From an uncultured Nitrospinota bacterium (GTDB taxonomy: Bacteria; Tectomicrobia; Entotheonellia; J063; CAVPRW01), in the NCBI GenBank assembly GCA_963707985.1, contig CAVPRW010000032.1, forward strand, positions 64,001 to 128,000: DNA of 64,000 nucleotides. The letters run 5' to 3'. Under the pieces are notes generated by a model that ran no database searches, was not told where the DNA came from, and saw only the letters and a program-made list of their open reading frames with translations. How positions within the stretch are numbered: the stretch's first letter is position 1; each line of letters starts with the position of its first letter. Both the position numbers and the translations under genes were made by a program. Of this stretch, positions 33,300 to 44,832 are shown in pieces.

Positions 33300-34429
33300 A
33301 TGAAAACGATCGCTGTCATACCAGGCAACTCCAATAGTGTACACCTCGTCGATCTGCTGAGGCCGTCGCTTGACGACATCTCCGATGGGCGTGGGGTACT
33401 CGTCAAAGTGTTGCGTGTCGGCGTCGACAGCACCGACCGTGAGATCAACGCCGCCGAATATGGCGCGGCGCCCGCTGGGTACGATTTCCTGGTCATCGGC
33501 CACGAAAGCTTTGGCCAAGTCGAGGCGGTTGGACCCAATGTCACGGAACTGTGCCCCGATGACTATGTGGTGGCCACCGTGCGACGCCCCGGCGCGAGTA
33601 TCTATGACCGGATTGGCACCTACGACATGACCACAGACGACACCTACTATGAGCGTGGCATCGACCTCCGCCATGGCTACCTGACCGAGTATGACGTGGA
33701 TGATCCGGAGTACATCGTCAAGGTGCCGCAGGGCCTGAAAGACGTGGCGGTGCTGTTGGAACCGCATACGGTGGTGGAAAAGGGCATTGCCCACGCCTAT
33801 GAGATTCACCGCCGCCTGCGTGTGTGGCGCCCGCGGCGGGCCGCAGTGATGGGGGCTGGCACGGTTGGGCTCCTGGCCACGCTGGTCTTGCGCTTACGGG
33901 GGCTTGAGATTACCACCTTTGCCCTCAGCCGGAAGCTGTACTCTGCCCTCAGCCGGAAGCTGACCTCACTGCCGACCTCATCGAAGCCATCGGCGCGCGT
34001 TACGAGTCGACGGCCGATGTGCCCCTACTCGCGGGCGCTCAGCGTTCTGGGCCGTTTGACCTCATCTTCGAGGCCACCGGCTTCTCGCCCATCGTCTTTG
34101 AGAGCATGCAAGCGTTACGCAAGAACGGCGTGCTGGTGCTCTCCAGCGTCACCGGCGGCGACCGCACCGTCGAGGTCCCAGCCGACAAGATCAATCTGGA
34201 ATTTGTGCTCGGCAATCAGGTGATGGTCGGCACGGTCAACGCCAATCGCGAGTATTTCGAGCTGGGGGTACGCGATATGGCCCAGGCTGAGGCCGAGGAC
34301 CCGTGATGGCTTAGCCGGCTGCTGACCCACACCGTCAAGGGCCTGGACAACTATCGCGAGCTGCTCGACAAGTTCACCACCGCCAAGGGCGTGATCAAGG
34401 TCTATTGCGACGTCGCAGACGTGGCATAG
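33300..34429 (+). pseudogene. Zn-dependent (MDR) glucose 1-dehydrogenase, inactivated
   Basis: VGVDSTDREI, VIGHESFG, YYERGI, GAGTVG, MVGTVNANR. Internal duplication, frameshift at ~33963, in-frame TGA at 34304. Confidence 0.82.
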
Positions 34430-34576
34430 AAGCGGTGCTGAGCGCCTAGACGGCGCGGTGCGAGAGCATGGCAGCGGATCAGGGAGGTGAAAGCCGCCTC
34501 ACCATGGGCTGCGCCATCGCCCTTGCACTAAACAGGGAGCCCCCGCCAAACTGGCGGGGAGTTGCGGTACGCCACA

Positions 34577-37500
34577 CTAGGAGGCGAGGCCATAGCCTCC
34601 ACCGCCCGGCGTCTCAATGACCAGCACATCGCCTGGCTGCACCTCGGCTTGTCCGATATGGTCCAGCACGAGGCGCGTACCATCCATGCGCTCAACCCAA
34701 TTGCGGCCCGCTTGTCCTGCCTCGCCGCCTGCCATGCCAAAGGCGCCGCGGTGGCGATTATTGGCTAGGATGGATACCGTCATCGGCTCCAGGAAGCGGA
34801 TGACACGTGTGCCTCCGTCGCCCCCATGCCAACGGCCCTGACCGCCAGACTCCGGTCGAATCTCATAGCGTTCCAGGCGCACCGGGAAGCGCCATTCGAG
34901 GACCTCAGGGTCAGTGAGTCGTGAGTTTGTCATCTGGGTCTGTACCACATTCGTGCCGTTGAATCCGGGTCCAGCCCCTGACCCGCCTGCAATCGTTTCG
35001 TAGTATTGGTAGGTTGCGTTGCCAAATGTCAAATTATTCATCGTGCACTGGCTGGCGGCCATCACACCTAGGGCGCCGTATAACGTGTTGGTAATGCACT
35101 GTGAAGTTTCGACGTTGCCGGCCACTACGGCGGCTGGATAGCGTGGCTTCAACATCGACCCCGGCGGGATAATCATGCGCAGTGGCTTCAGGCAGCCAGC
35201 ATTAAGGGGAATCGCATCGTTCACTAAGGTGCGGAACACATACAACACCGCGGCCATGGAAATGGCTGACGGGGCATTGAAGTTGTTAGGTAATTGCTCG
35301 GAGGTTCCGGTGAAGTCGATGATGGCCTCACGCGTGTCGCGATCCACCGTCACCTGCACCTGGATCACGGCGCCATTATCAAGCTCATAGCGGAAGGCGC
35401 CATCTTGCAGTGCCGTGATCACGCGTCGCACAGCTTCCTCGGCATTGTCCTGTACATGCTGCATATAGGCGTGCACGACACTGAGGCCAAAATGCTCGAC
35501 CATCCGGGTCAGTTCCTGCACACCTTTCTCATTGGCAGCAATCTGCGCCCGCAAATCGGCCATATTTTGCTGGGGGTTGCGGGCTGGAAGCGGCCCGCTT
35601 GCGAGGCGTGTCAGGGTCTCGGCTTCGCGTAGTTGACCGCCTTCGACGAGCTTCCAGTTGGTAAATAACACGCCCTCATCCTCCACCGTGGTGGAATTGG
35701 GTGGCATGGAGCCGGGTGTGATCCCCCCGATATCGGCATGGTGCCCGCGTGATCCGACGTAGAACAGAATGTGTCCGCCAGCCGTATCGAACACTGGGGT
35801 GATGACGGTGATATCGGGCAAATGCGTGCCACCGTGATACGGGTCATTCACGACGTAGGCATCGCCCGGTTGCATGGTGCCAGCATTGTCACGCATGACG
35901 GTCTTGACTGACTCGCTCATGGACCCGAGATGCACGGGAATATGCGGGGCATTGGCGATCAGATTGCCCGCCGCGTCGAACAGTGCACAGGAGAAATCAA
36001 GGCGCTCCTTGATGTTGACCGAATAGGCCGTGTTTTGCAGGCGCACACCCATCTGCTCGGCGATCGACATGAAGAGGTTATTGAAGACTTCCAGCATCAC
36101 GGGGTCCGCGGTGGTGCCGATAGCACGCCGCTGCGGCCGTGCGACCACACGCGTCAATACCAGGTGCCCAAGGGCCGTGACCGCGGCCTGCCATCCTGGT
36201 TCAACGACTGTCGTGGCATTGGCTTCAGCAATGATCGCCGGACCCGGTATCACGTGGCCTGGGACCATGTCGGCTCGCCGGTACAGCGGCGTCTCGTGCC
36301 ACCTCCCAGCTGAGAACATGTGCACGGTCGCTGCAGCATACGGCAGTTGTCCGGAGGGGGCAGGCCTACTTGATATGGGGTGCTCTATGAGTGTGTCGGC
36401 CCCTCCAGTCACCTCTACCGACACTGATTCGACCACCAGAGGTTTCTCAGGCATGAGGAAGGAAAAGCGCTGGCGATACGCTTCGGCAAAGGCCGTGCGC
36501 ATGGCGGCCAGTGATCCCCAGGCGACGCTCAATGCCGTGTCGGTCCCGGCGTATTTCAGATGGACGCGCCTGGCCACATGCTGCACTGCCCGCGGCACAC
36601 CTTGCCGTTCGAGATCCGCCGCAGCATCCTCGGCCAGGGTCTCGAGTTGTCCCTGGACGCTTGAGAACACTGAAGAGTCGAGGAGCGCTTCGGTCGATTG
36701 CTCGCGCATGGCGGTCTGTTCTGCCAGACCCATCCCATAGGCAGACAAGACACCGGCAAATGGATGGATCAAGACCTGCGTCATGCCGAGGGCGTCGGCG
36801 ACCTGGCAGGCGTGTTGGCCCCCTGCCCCGCCAAAGGTGGTGAGGGTATACGTGGTCACGTCGTGGCCGCGCTGCACCGAGATGTGCTTGATGGCATTGG
36901 CCATATTGCCAACGGCAATCTCGATGAAGCCTTCGGCAACGGCTTCCGGTGTCCGCCGGTCGCCGGTGGCCTGATCGATCTGCTCGGCTAACCTCCTGAA
37001 CGCCGGCACAACGACCTCAGGATCGAGCGGTTGGTCGGCGTGCGGCCCAAACACGGTGGGAAAGAAGGCGGGCTGGATCTTGCCGAGCATGACGTTGGCA
37101 TCGGTGACGGTCAGGGGCCCGCCGCGCCGGTAGCACGCTGGCCCAGGATTGGCCCCGGCCGAATCCGGGCCGACGCGATAGCGGCCGCCGTCAAAATGCA
37201 AGATGGAGCCGCCCCCGGCAGCGACGGTGTGGATACTCATCATAGGCGCCCGCAGGCGCACGCCGGCCACCTGAGTGTCGAACTCACGTTCGTAGGTGCC
37301 GGCATAGTGTGAGACGTCTGTCGAGGTGCCGCCCATGTCAAAGCCGATCACCCGCACAAAGCCGGCCAGCGTGCTGGTACGCGACATACCGACGATGCCA
37401 CCAGCCGGCCCCGAGAGAATCGAATCCTTGCCTCGGAAACGCAGGGCGTCAGCCAGGCCCCCGTTGGATTGCATGAACAGCAGCCGTACACCGGGTAGTT

Positions 37501-38182
37501 CACACGCGACCTGGTCAACATAGCGCCGTAGAATCGGCGACAGGTAGGCATCGACCACGGTTGTATCACCTCGGGAGACCAGCTTCATCAGTGGGCTGAC
37601 CTCGTGGGATGCCGACACCTGCGTGAAACCCATGCCCCGCGCGATTGCCGCCATCTGGGCTTCGTGCGCCGTGTAGCGATAGCCATGCATGAAGACAATG
37701 GCGAGAGACCGAAAGCCTGCGTCAAAAGCCGCCTGCAGGGCCGAGCGGGCCTGGGCAGCGTCGAGCGGGAGCACCACATCGCCGTGGGCACCGACGCGCT
37801 CGTCGATCTCGATGACCTGGCCGTAGAGCAACTCAGGCAACTGGATATGGAGGTCAAACAACTGTGGCCGGTTCTGGTAGGCAATCCGCAGGGCATCGCG
37901 AAAACCGCGCGTGATACATAGCGCCGTGGGCTCTCCCTGGCGTTCCAGCAGAGCGTTCGTGGCCACGGTTGTACCCATCTTTACACAGGCGATATGCTCC
38001 GTTGGTATGGGCTCCCCCGGCGGCACTCCCAGCACATGGCGCATGCCCGCCACGGCGGCATCACGGTACTGCTCGGGATTCTCCGACAACAGCTTGTGGG
38101 TGACGAGAGAGCCATCGGGGCGTGTTGCGACAATATCAGTAAACGTACCGCCTCGGTCGATCCAGAACTGCCATTGACTCAT
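34577..38182 (-). CDS. 5-oxoprolinase / hydantoinase A+B fusion
   Basis: [55 protein letters not shown]. Confidence 0.93.
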   Translation of the reverse strand: MSQWQFWIDRGGTFTDIVATRPDGSLVTHKLLSENPEQYRDAAVAGMRHVLGVPPGEPIPTEHIACVKMGTTVATNALLERQGEPTALCITRGFRDALRIAYQNRPQLFDLHIQLPELLYGQVIEIDERVGAHGDVVLPLDAAQARSALQAAFDAGFRSLAIVFMHGYRYTAHEAQMAAIARGMGFTQVSASHEVSPLMKLVSRGDTTVVDAYLSPILRRYVDQVACELPGVRLLFMQSNGGLADALRFRGKDSILSGPAGGIVGMSRTSTLAGFVRVIGFDMGGTSTDVSHYAGTYEREFDTQVAGVRLRAPMMSIHTVAAGGGSILHFDGGRYRVGPDSAGANPGPACYRRGGPLTVTDANVMLGKIQPAFFPTVFGPHADQPLDPEVVVPAFRRLAEQIDQATGDRRTPEAVAEGFIEIAVGNMANAIKHISVQRGHDVTTYTLTTFGGAGGQHACQVADALGMTQVLIHPFAGVLSAYGMGLAEQTAMREQSTEALLDSSVFSSVQGQLETLAEDAAADLERQGVPRAVQHVARRVHLKYAGTDTALSVAWGSLAAMRTAFAEAYRQRFSFLMPEKPLVVESVSVEVTGGADTLIEHPISSRPAPSGQLPYAAATVHMFSAGRWHETPLYRRADMVPGHVIPGPAIIAEANATTVVEPGWQAAVTALGHLVLTRVVARPQRRAIGTTADPVMLEVFNNLFMSIAEQMGVRLQNTAYSVNIKERLDFSCALFDAAGNLIANAPHIPVHLGSMSESVKTVMRDNAGTMQPGDAYVVNDPYHGGTHLPDITVITPVFDTAGGHILFYVGSRGHHADIGGITPGSMPPNSTTVEDEGVLFTNWKLVEGGQLREAETLTRLASGPLPARNPQQNMADLRAQIAANEKGVQELTRMVEHFGLSVVHAYMQHVQDNAEEAVRRVITALQDGAFRYELDNGAVIQVQVTVDRDTREAIIDFTGTSEQLPNNFNAPSAISMAAVLYVFRTLVNDAIPLNAGCLKPLRMIIPPGSMLKPRYPAAVVAGNVETSQCITNTLYGALGVMAASQCTMNNLTFGNATYQYYETIAGGSGAGPGFNGTNVVQTQMTNSRLTDPEVLEWRFPVRLERYEIRPESGGQGRWHGGDGGTRVIRFLEPMTVSILANNRHRGAFGMAGGEAGQAGRNWVERMDGTRLVLDHIGQAEVQPGDVLVIETPGGGGYGLAS

Positions 38183-38706
38183 AGGTGTCTCCACGGACTC
38201 ACACACGCCCACACACGGTTCTCTTCCTTGCTACGAGCCCAGAATGTATACAGTGGTTGAGCAGCCATCCCCATGCCGAACGCCCATTGAAAGCCTGGTA
38301 GGTCATTGTACGATTGAAGCGTTACAGCAGTCCACATGAAGTTCGCCGGGATTTTGCCTTGGCGAGTTTCTTGGAAGGTCAGAAGGGCAGTTTGTAAAGA
38401 GTGGCCACGTCCCGAGATGGACAAGGAGGGGCGGACACTATGGCCGAGCTTCTCGACTTCACGAAACCGCATGTCTTACGCCACGAGGCCGAATATGCCG
38501 TGACTGTGGTTGATATGACATAGACGTAAGGTTAGCACCGTCATTTCCATGCGCGATGTGTCAGTTCCTGTTCGGGAAGAGACTATAAGTTATTGATTTA
38601 GCATCTTCTATAATCGTGACGCTTGGGTAGCGACATAGTATCTCGTATAATACGGCTACAAGAGCAAGCATTGAAGGTGGGCGTTTTCGATGCAAGGGAG
38701 GGAACC

Positions 38707-39111
38707 ATGGCCAGGATCAAGCATATCGCCATACGCACCCCGGACCCCGAAAAGACCGCAGCGTTTTACAAAGAGGTGTTTGGCTTGCAGGAGGTAGGCC
38801 AGGCCGGAAGAGGCTATTATCTTTCCGATGGCTACATCAACCTGGCGATTCTCAAGTCCTCTGATCAGGGCACAGGTGAAAGCCCCCGTGACATACCCGG
38901 CTATGCCGGCATCGACCACCTGGGGTTCCTGGTGGAGAATGTAGACGAAACCTGCAAGAAGCTGGAGGAGGCAGGCGCCAGTGCCACCATCGGTCGGGTG
39001 GACTTGTCTCACGCCTCGGCCTCCGGCCCACGCTCGTATTACGAGATCAAGTATCGCGGACCCGACAACCAGGTGATCGACATCACCGAAACCGGCTGGG
39101 TGGGCACCTAG
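38707..39111 (+). CDS. VOC (glyoxalase) family protein
   Basis: IKHIAIRT..AAFYKEVFG..GIDHLGFLV..GPDNQVID. Confidence 0.88.
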   Translation: MARIKHIAIRTPDPEKTAAFYKEVFGLQEVGQAGRGYYLSDGYINLAILKSSDQGTGESPRDIPGYAGIDHLGFLVENVDETCKKLEEAGASATIGRVDLSHASASGPRSYYEIKYRGPDNQVIDITETGWVGT

Positions 39112-39123
39112 TCCAAAAAGCCT

Positions 39124-39196
39124 AGTGCTGAGTGCTGAATCATGAGTGCTGCGTGGGAAACGGAGACTCAGGACTCGGTTCTCAGTGCTCAGCACT
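39124..39196. repeat. Inverted arrays of AGTGCTG/CTCAGCA-type heptamers
   Basis: AGTGCTG AGTGCTG AATCATG AGTGCTG ... ACTCAGG ACTCGGT TCTCAGT GCTCAGC ACT. Confidence 0.65.
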
Positions 39197-39218
39197 GATA
39201 TCTCAGGGAGGACGTGCG

Positions 39219-40214
39219 ATGTCCAAGAACTACATGACGATGGTCGGAACGGTCGGCACGGGTATCTGGATTTCCGGCGACGGCGGCGAAAGCTGGAGCC
39301 GGTGCAAAGGCATGTGGAACGAGACGCAGGTCTTCGCCCTCGCCCCTCATCCGCAGAATCCCAAAGTGATCTTTGCTGGTGCGCACGACGGCATCTACCG
39401 TAGCGACGATGGGGGGGGCACCTTCGAGCCTGTTGCCTCACCCCTCAGTGGCAAGGCCATATGGTCGGTGGCATTTGACCCGGTGCAGCCGGACACGATC
39501 TTTGCCGGGTCGCGTCCGGGCGCGGTCTTTCGCTCGCGCGATGGTGGGCAGAAATGGGAACAGCTCAACGCCCAGTTTGCCCCCGAGTGCCCCAACGTAC
39601 GCTTCCCCCGCGTGCTGACCATGGCGGTTGATCCCACCGACCACCAGGTTGTGTGGGCTGGAGCGGAGGTAGACGGGGTGCGTCGCAGCCTGGATGGCGG
39701 TCAGACCTGGGAAACCACGGGAGCCGCGGTGACACCGGGCACGATCGGCCGGCAGCTCAACGACCCCGACATTCACGGCATTGCGGTCAGTGGCACGTCG
39801 CCCTCGACGGTATTCGTCAGCACGCCGCGGGAGGTCTTCGCCAGCACCGATCGGGGTGAGAACTGGCAGCCCCTAGGGGTGCAGAAATTCTTCCCCCTGC
39901 GCTACTGTCGTGGCATCGCCGTCAAAGCCGACGACCCCAATGTGTTGTTCGTGGCCAATGGTGATGCGGCCTCCGGGGAGACGGGTTCCCTGCAGCGCTC
40001 TAAGGATCGCGGCCAGACCTGGCAGACGCTGCCCCTGCCCGCTGTGCCCAACACGCCCATCTGGACCTTCGCGATGAATAGCGCCGATCCTGATCTGATG
40101 CTGACCTGCAGCCACTACGGGCAGGTATTCGTCAGTGAGGATGCCGGTGACTCGTGGCGCAAGATCAAGCGCGAGTTCAGCGAGATCAGAGCCCTGGCCT
40201 GGGTGCCCAACTAG
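39219..40214 (+). CDS. BNR/Asp-box beta-propeller protein
   Basis: Repeated SxDGGxxW Asp-boxes (SGDGGESW, SRDGGQKW, SLDGGQTW, SKDRGQTW). Confidence 0.88.
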   Translation: MSKNYMTMVGTVGTGIWISGDGGESWSRCKGMWNETQVFALAPHPQNPKVIFAGAHDGIYRSDDGGGTFEPVASPLSGKAIWSVAFDPVQPDTIFAGSRPGAVFRSRDGGQKWEQLNAQFAPECPNVRFPRVLTMAVDPTDHQVVWAGAEVDGVRRSLDGGQTWETTGAAVTPGTIGRQLNDPDIHGIAVSGTSPSTVFVSTPREVFASTDRGENWQPLGVQKFFPLRYCRGIAVKADDPNVLFVANGDAASGETGSLQRSKDRGQTWQTLPLPAVPNTPIWTFAMNSADPDLMLTCSHYGQVFVSEDAGDSWRKIKREFSEIRALAWVPN

Positions 40215-40269
40215 GATGCTGCCCGGTTGAGCCTGACCTGGTGCTGGACACTGTCATTCCAGCGTCGCG

Positions 40270-40298
40270 GTAGGGGCGGGTTGCAAACCCGCCCCTAC
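40270..40298. repeat. GTAG-type REP palindrome
   Basis: GTAGGGGCGGGTT-GCA-AACCCGCCCCTAC, perfect 13-bp stem. Confidence 0.8.
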
Positions 40299-40544
40299 TG
40301 CAGGCAAGAGGGGATCGACCGGAAGCACCCTTGAGGGACAGCCTGCAAGTGGTAGGAAATCTAACAGAGTATCGGACATTACCAATTGTCGGAAATATTC
40401 GATGGAGGCACGCCCTACCACTGTTGGCATCTCAATCTGCTCAGGACGTACCGCTCTCATAAACCCCACATCTGTCCTTCATCAGTAACAATTTCGAGGC
40501 CATAGGTTTCGTAAGGCATCGTACGAACCTCCTCTAATGCCCGT

Positions 40545-41440
40545 GCCCCGATTGATCATGCACGCTATTGTTACGTCAAACACTTCGAGGTTGCCAGCCG
40601 GAAAGTGGCAATCTTGTGCCTCAATTCAGCCTGGTTAGCAACCTTGGGTAAAGATCGCAACCAACTCCTCCTTGGCGAGCGGCAGGTACGGACTGCTCTT
40701 GAGGCAGCTGATGGGGCTGAGTTGCGCTTAGCGGTCATGCACCACCCGTTCGATTGGCTCCAGGATTTCGATCGAAATGACGTCGAGTCTCTTCTTTGGG
40801 GGGCTGTCACTTCTTGTTGCACGGTCACATGTACCAAGTCGGACTACTCCAAGCCCGTACTCCAGATACTGAGGCAATGATCATTGCGGCTGGTGCCTGC
40901 TACGAGACGCGGCAGTATGCCAACTCATACAATTTTGTGCGCCTCGACCTCGACGCTGGCAATGGCGCAGTATATCTACGCCTGTACAGCGACCAGCAGG
41001 GGGGATTCTGGACAAAGGACGTGCTCAATTATCAAAATGTCCCTGATGGACTGTACTCCTTTCAATTGCCCGCTTCTTTACGAGTAGCAGGGTCAGCTCA
41101 AGACTCAACACGTGACAACGTGCAAACGGGAATGTCTCCCTCTGCCAGTATCGCTCCATCTGCGCTCAGCACAACTTCCGAATTAGACGATGCGAAGCCG
41201 ATGACTCTTGATGCTCATGAGGGGACAAATGCCGTTTCCTTGCTACCAGTGGTTACTAATCGGTTCAACACAGAGGAACTCCGTACCCTGTGGTTCGATC
41301 TCCAAATCGACTACGATGACTTGCGCGGTGAGGGGAAGGAGGCCAAGGCTCGTGAGCTCGTTGCGTATCTCCAGCGGCGCGGCCAACTGAATCAGCTTGT
41401 GAGTGATATCCGGCGGAAGCGACCGGATATCACTCTATCT
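40545..41440 (+). pseudogene. Truncated calcineurin-like metallophosphoesterase followed by an EAD7-like domain
   Basis: LCLNSAW..LLLGERQ..AVMHHPFDWL..LLHGHM (MPP C-terminal half). 41240-41432 reads NRFNTEELRTLWFDLQIDYDDLRGEGKEAKARELVAYLQRRGQL. Cut by IS701. Confidence 0.7.
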
Positions 41441-42250
41441 TACTCGACTTTTGCAGCATGGCGGTCGTCAAACGGTGAGGGATTCAGTAGAATGCCCCCA
41501 GGAGCAAGCCCCCCAAGCGATCCCCCGACCTGGAGGGGTTCTCATGCTGCCCTTGGTAGAGATTCCGGAAATAGTCCGGCACGACGCCCCGTTTTTGACC
41601 TCGGTGTTTTCTCCCGAGGCCTTCACGCAGTTTCAGCGCTATATCAGTGGCTTGATCGTCTCAGAGAACAAAACCGTCGAAGGGATCAACCGGATCTTCG
41701 TGATTGATGTGCGTCATCAAAGTCGTCTCAATCGTTTCTTAACCGCGAGTTCCTGTTCAATGGACGCGTTCAATAGGGCCGGCGTAGCTGGGCTCGAGAG
41801 TATTCCTGAAACTCAGATGACGCCCAGAGGCGTCTTGAGCCTCGACGCTACTCTCCTCACCCACGACGGACAATCCTGTGAAAAAATCGCCTATGTGTCT
41901 GATTCGGCCCAAGCGTGTGATGTCGGGGCCCACAATTTGGTCAATCTTCATGATCGGGATGATCAGACCGACGATCCAGTCTGCTATACCTTATGGGAAC
42001 CCGCTGCGGTCGATGTCTGAGAGGCCGGACTCATCGGTGCAGGCGTCCCCATTCGTCCCAGCACGTCTGCCCTTAACACGCGTGCTCCCCAGAAGTGGTG
42101 CAATGATCTGCTCGGCCTGTGGCGACGTCATCCGCAAGAGCCTGCCGTCCCGCGGATCTATCAACGTAAACTGTGTTTGGGGCAACAGATATTGACACCA
42201 TTTTGCTCAGCGCCTCCCAAGCGCCAGCTGCCAGTGACCTTCGATAACTG
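41440..42250 (+). mobile_element. IS701-family remnant (transposase 5' part from 41544)
   Basis: MLPLVEIPEIVRH..FQRYISGLIVSENKTVEGIN..LSLDATLL; stops and frameshifts. Confidence 0.7.
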
Positions 42251-42475
42251 GTAGACCCAACCGGCATGTTGTCGGTTGCTGCACCAGACCCTCCAAGTCC
42301 CCTCTGTGGGAACTTTCGCCGGAGATGATCGGGTGCTCTTCAAAACAGGCGCAAAACGCCTGGATGCAGGTGATCGCCAATGGCAAGACGCACATCATCG
42401 CGCGATCACAGCCGGCAAACCACCGGTCTGTGGCAACATCACCATCCCTGATACAGGAGCAAAAGAAACCTATTA

Positions 42476-42601
42476 CCGACATTGAGCAACCCTATCCGGG
42501 AGAAATTTGGTAAAGGTGGCAGACCTCGTTCCCAAACAAACGCAGAATGTTGATCTGCAGGTTGGTAAGACTTTCGATGCGATCCTGCACGTGTCCTTGG
42601 A
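42476..42601 (-). mobile_element. 3' tip of an IS1634-like transposase
   Basis: IESLTNLQINILRLFGNEVCHLYQ C-terminal motif, cut at the left IR of the next element. Confidence 0.45.
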
Positions 42602-44329
42602 CTGAAATTCCAATATAAGGGCACGCTTGATCTGTGCTCCACGTTCCTCGAGAGCAGAAGCCTTCACGAGAGGGAGGTGGACCATGGAGCAGACACGGGA
42701 AGCGATCACGACGAACCTGGCGGCACGGTGGTGTTGGCCCGTGGCGCGCCGAGATGAGGTGCGCGTGGCGCGGCGCCTGTACCGCAAGCCACTGGTAGAC
42801 GGGGTGTACCCCTTGGACGCGGGAGCCTTGCTGGAGGAGTGCTTTCACGTCCTCCGGGCGTGGGGGAGCGCCGACTGGCTGGAGGACGTCCGGGGCCAGG
42901 GCATCACGCGTGAGATGGTGCCCATGGGGCCATATGTCCTGCGGGACGGACTGAAGACGCTGGTGGGCCTGGAGCGCCTGCAGGCCCTGGCGGAGTGGCT
43001 GGTCAGCGAGGCGGCGAGCAGGCGCTGGGTGGGCTTCAAGGCCCACCAGGTGCGGCCCGGGGTGGGCCCACGGGGCGCGGCCAAGCGGCAGGGGCCGCGC
43101 ACGGCCGGCCCGATCGGCCCGCAGGCCCTGGCGCATAAGCTCGTCAAGCTGGATTGGCGGGCGTTGGAGGTCTTGTTCCACGGGGTGATCCGGGCCCTGG
43201 CCAAGGCGGGGCTGTTGCGGGCTCAGGTGACGGGGAGTGTGGATGGCACCGCGCTGGAGACGACGGCGCCGTCCGAGGGCTGTGGCCAGGTCACCCGGCC
43301 ACGGACGCTCACCGACACGCCTGGCCAGGTGCGCCCGATCGAGGTGACGGTCTACGGCTGGAACGCGATCGTCTTGATCGAGGCCCGCACCAAGCTTCCC
43401 CTGGCGGTGACGGTGGTGCAGATCCAGGAGCCTGAAGGGCTCTCGCGGCGGGCCCTGGGCACCCAGGCCCGGGCGAATCGGGCGGGCTAGGCCCGCCTGC
43501 ACCAGGTGGTCTGTGATCGCGGCTTGTGGGCGGGGACCGAGCTGTGGTGGCTGGACCCACACGGCCTCCTCGGCGTGGTACCGGCCCAAGAGGACATGGC
43601 CGTCACCGCGGACGCCCGGGGCCTGGCCGCCGCCCGCGACGGATGCCCCGTCGGATGCCGGGTGCACACCGTCCACCATCGACAGGGCCAGGCGGCCTGG
43701 CAGGAACGGCTGGAGACGGAGGTCGTCGGCATGGCCGGCCTGACGAGCGACGATCAGGATGGCACGCCCGCGCCTGGAGGCCCCCGCCATCGCCGTGACT
43801 GCCAGGCCAACCCGATCAACGCCGTGGTCGTGCGGCAGGGGCAGGGGCAGGCCTTTGGGCCGGGGGGCACAACCGTGTTCCTGACGCATGCCTCCGTGCC
43901 GCAGCCGTTGCAACCCTTTGATGACGACGATGAGCGGCGTCGCATGGAGCACGGCTGTATCAAGGCAAGCCCACAGCCATGGAGCCTGCGCCATCCGCCC
44001 CAGAACACGGCGCGGGCCCTGCGGGTTCACGTCGGGTTGACCCTGCTCCTGTGCGGGCTGGCGACGGCCTCTCGGCTGCGGTCTGAAGCCGTTGAAGCCG
44101 GGACGGAGCCGGTGGGCTGGCAGTGCTGGCGGCGCCAGCTCTGCCAACAGCACCGGGACCAGGTCATCGTGTGTGCCCAAGGCGACTACGGCATCGTTCC
44201 TCTGGCCGAACTCGTCCTCCTGCTGGGGGTCAAGCTCAAGGAGGTGCCCCCAGGTATTGGGACACATCAGGAGATCCTGGCCCAATACAAGCTCACATCC
44301 CATGATTGATCCTTATCTTGGAATTTCAG
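42602..44329 (+). mobile_element. DDE IS (IS4/IS5-like), transposase 42684-44309 with in-frame TAG at 43488
   Basis: 19-bp IRs with 1 mismatch, CTGAAATTCCAA(T/G)ATAAGG, at 42602-42620 and 44311-44329. Motifs VDGT, VCDRG, RRRMEH. No target duplication. Confidence 0.8.
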
Positions 44330-44832
44330 GAATACCCAGAGACACGGTTTGACTTTCTGGGATACACGTTTCGTCCCCGACGGGCCAAAAACCGCTACGG
44401 TACATTCCTGGTCAGCTTCACGCCAGGGGTCAGCAACGATGCGGCGAAGGACATGCGTCAGCGGATTCATGACTGGCGTCTGCATCTGAAGCCGGATACA
44501 TCGTTGGAAGACCTGTCCCGGATGTTCAATCCCGTCCTGCGTGGCTGGATGAACGACTACGGTTGCTTTGACACATCTGCGCTGTATCCGACACTCCGGC
44601 ATATGAACCGGGCCTTGGTTCATTGGGTGCGACGGAAATACAAGAGGTTTAACCGCCAGCGCCGCCGCGCCGAATACTGGCTCGGTCGCGTGGCGCGTCG
44701 GGAGCCGACGCTGTGTGCGCACTGGCAAAGGGGGATTAAACCCACGGCTGGGTGATGGGAGCCGGATGCGCGGAGACGTTCACGTCCGGTTCTGAGAGCG
44801 CCTGGGGGTGCGACTCCCCTGGGGCGACTCAC
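44330..44832 (+). mobile_element. Group II intron 3' remnant A (RT7/maturase + DV/DVI), class D-like
   Basis: FDFLGYTFRPR..NPVLRGWMN..AHWQ. DV GAGCCGGATGCGCGGAGACGTTCACGTCCGGTTC at 44759; ends GACTCAC. Confidence 0.85.

Noticed and set aside
34304..34306. In-frame TGA in glucose dehydrogenase as selenocysteine
   Set aside because: The position corresponds to Gly (xPGWL) rather than Cys as I recall the family, and the gene is otherwise broken.
42492..44303. 603-aa minus-strand ORF (also 9445-10419, 47213-48235, 52151-53005)
   Set aside because: Antisense shadows of GC-rich genes on the opposite strand.
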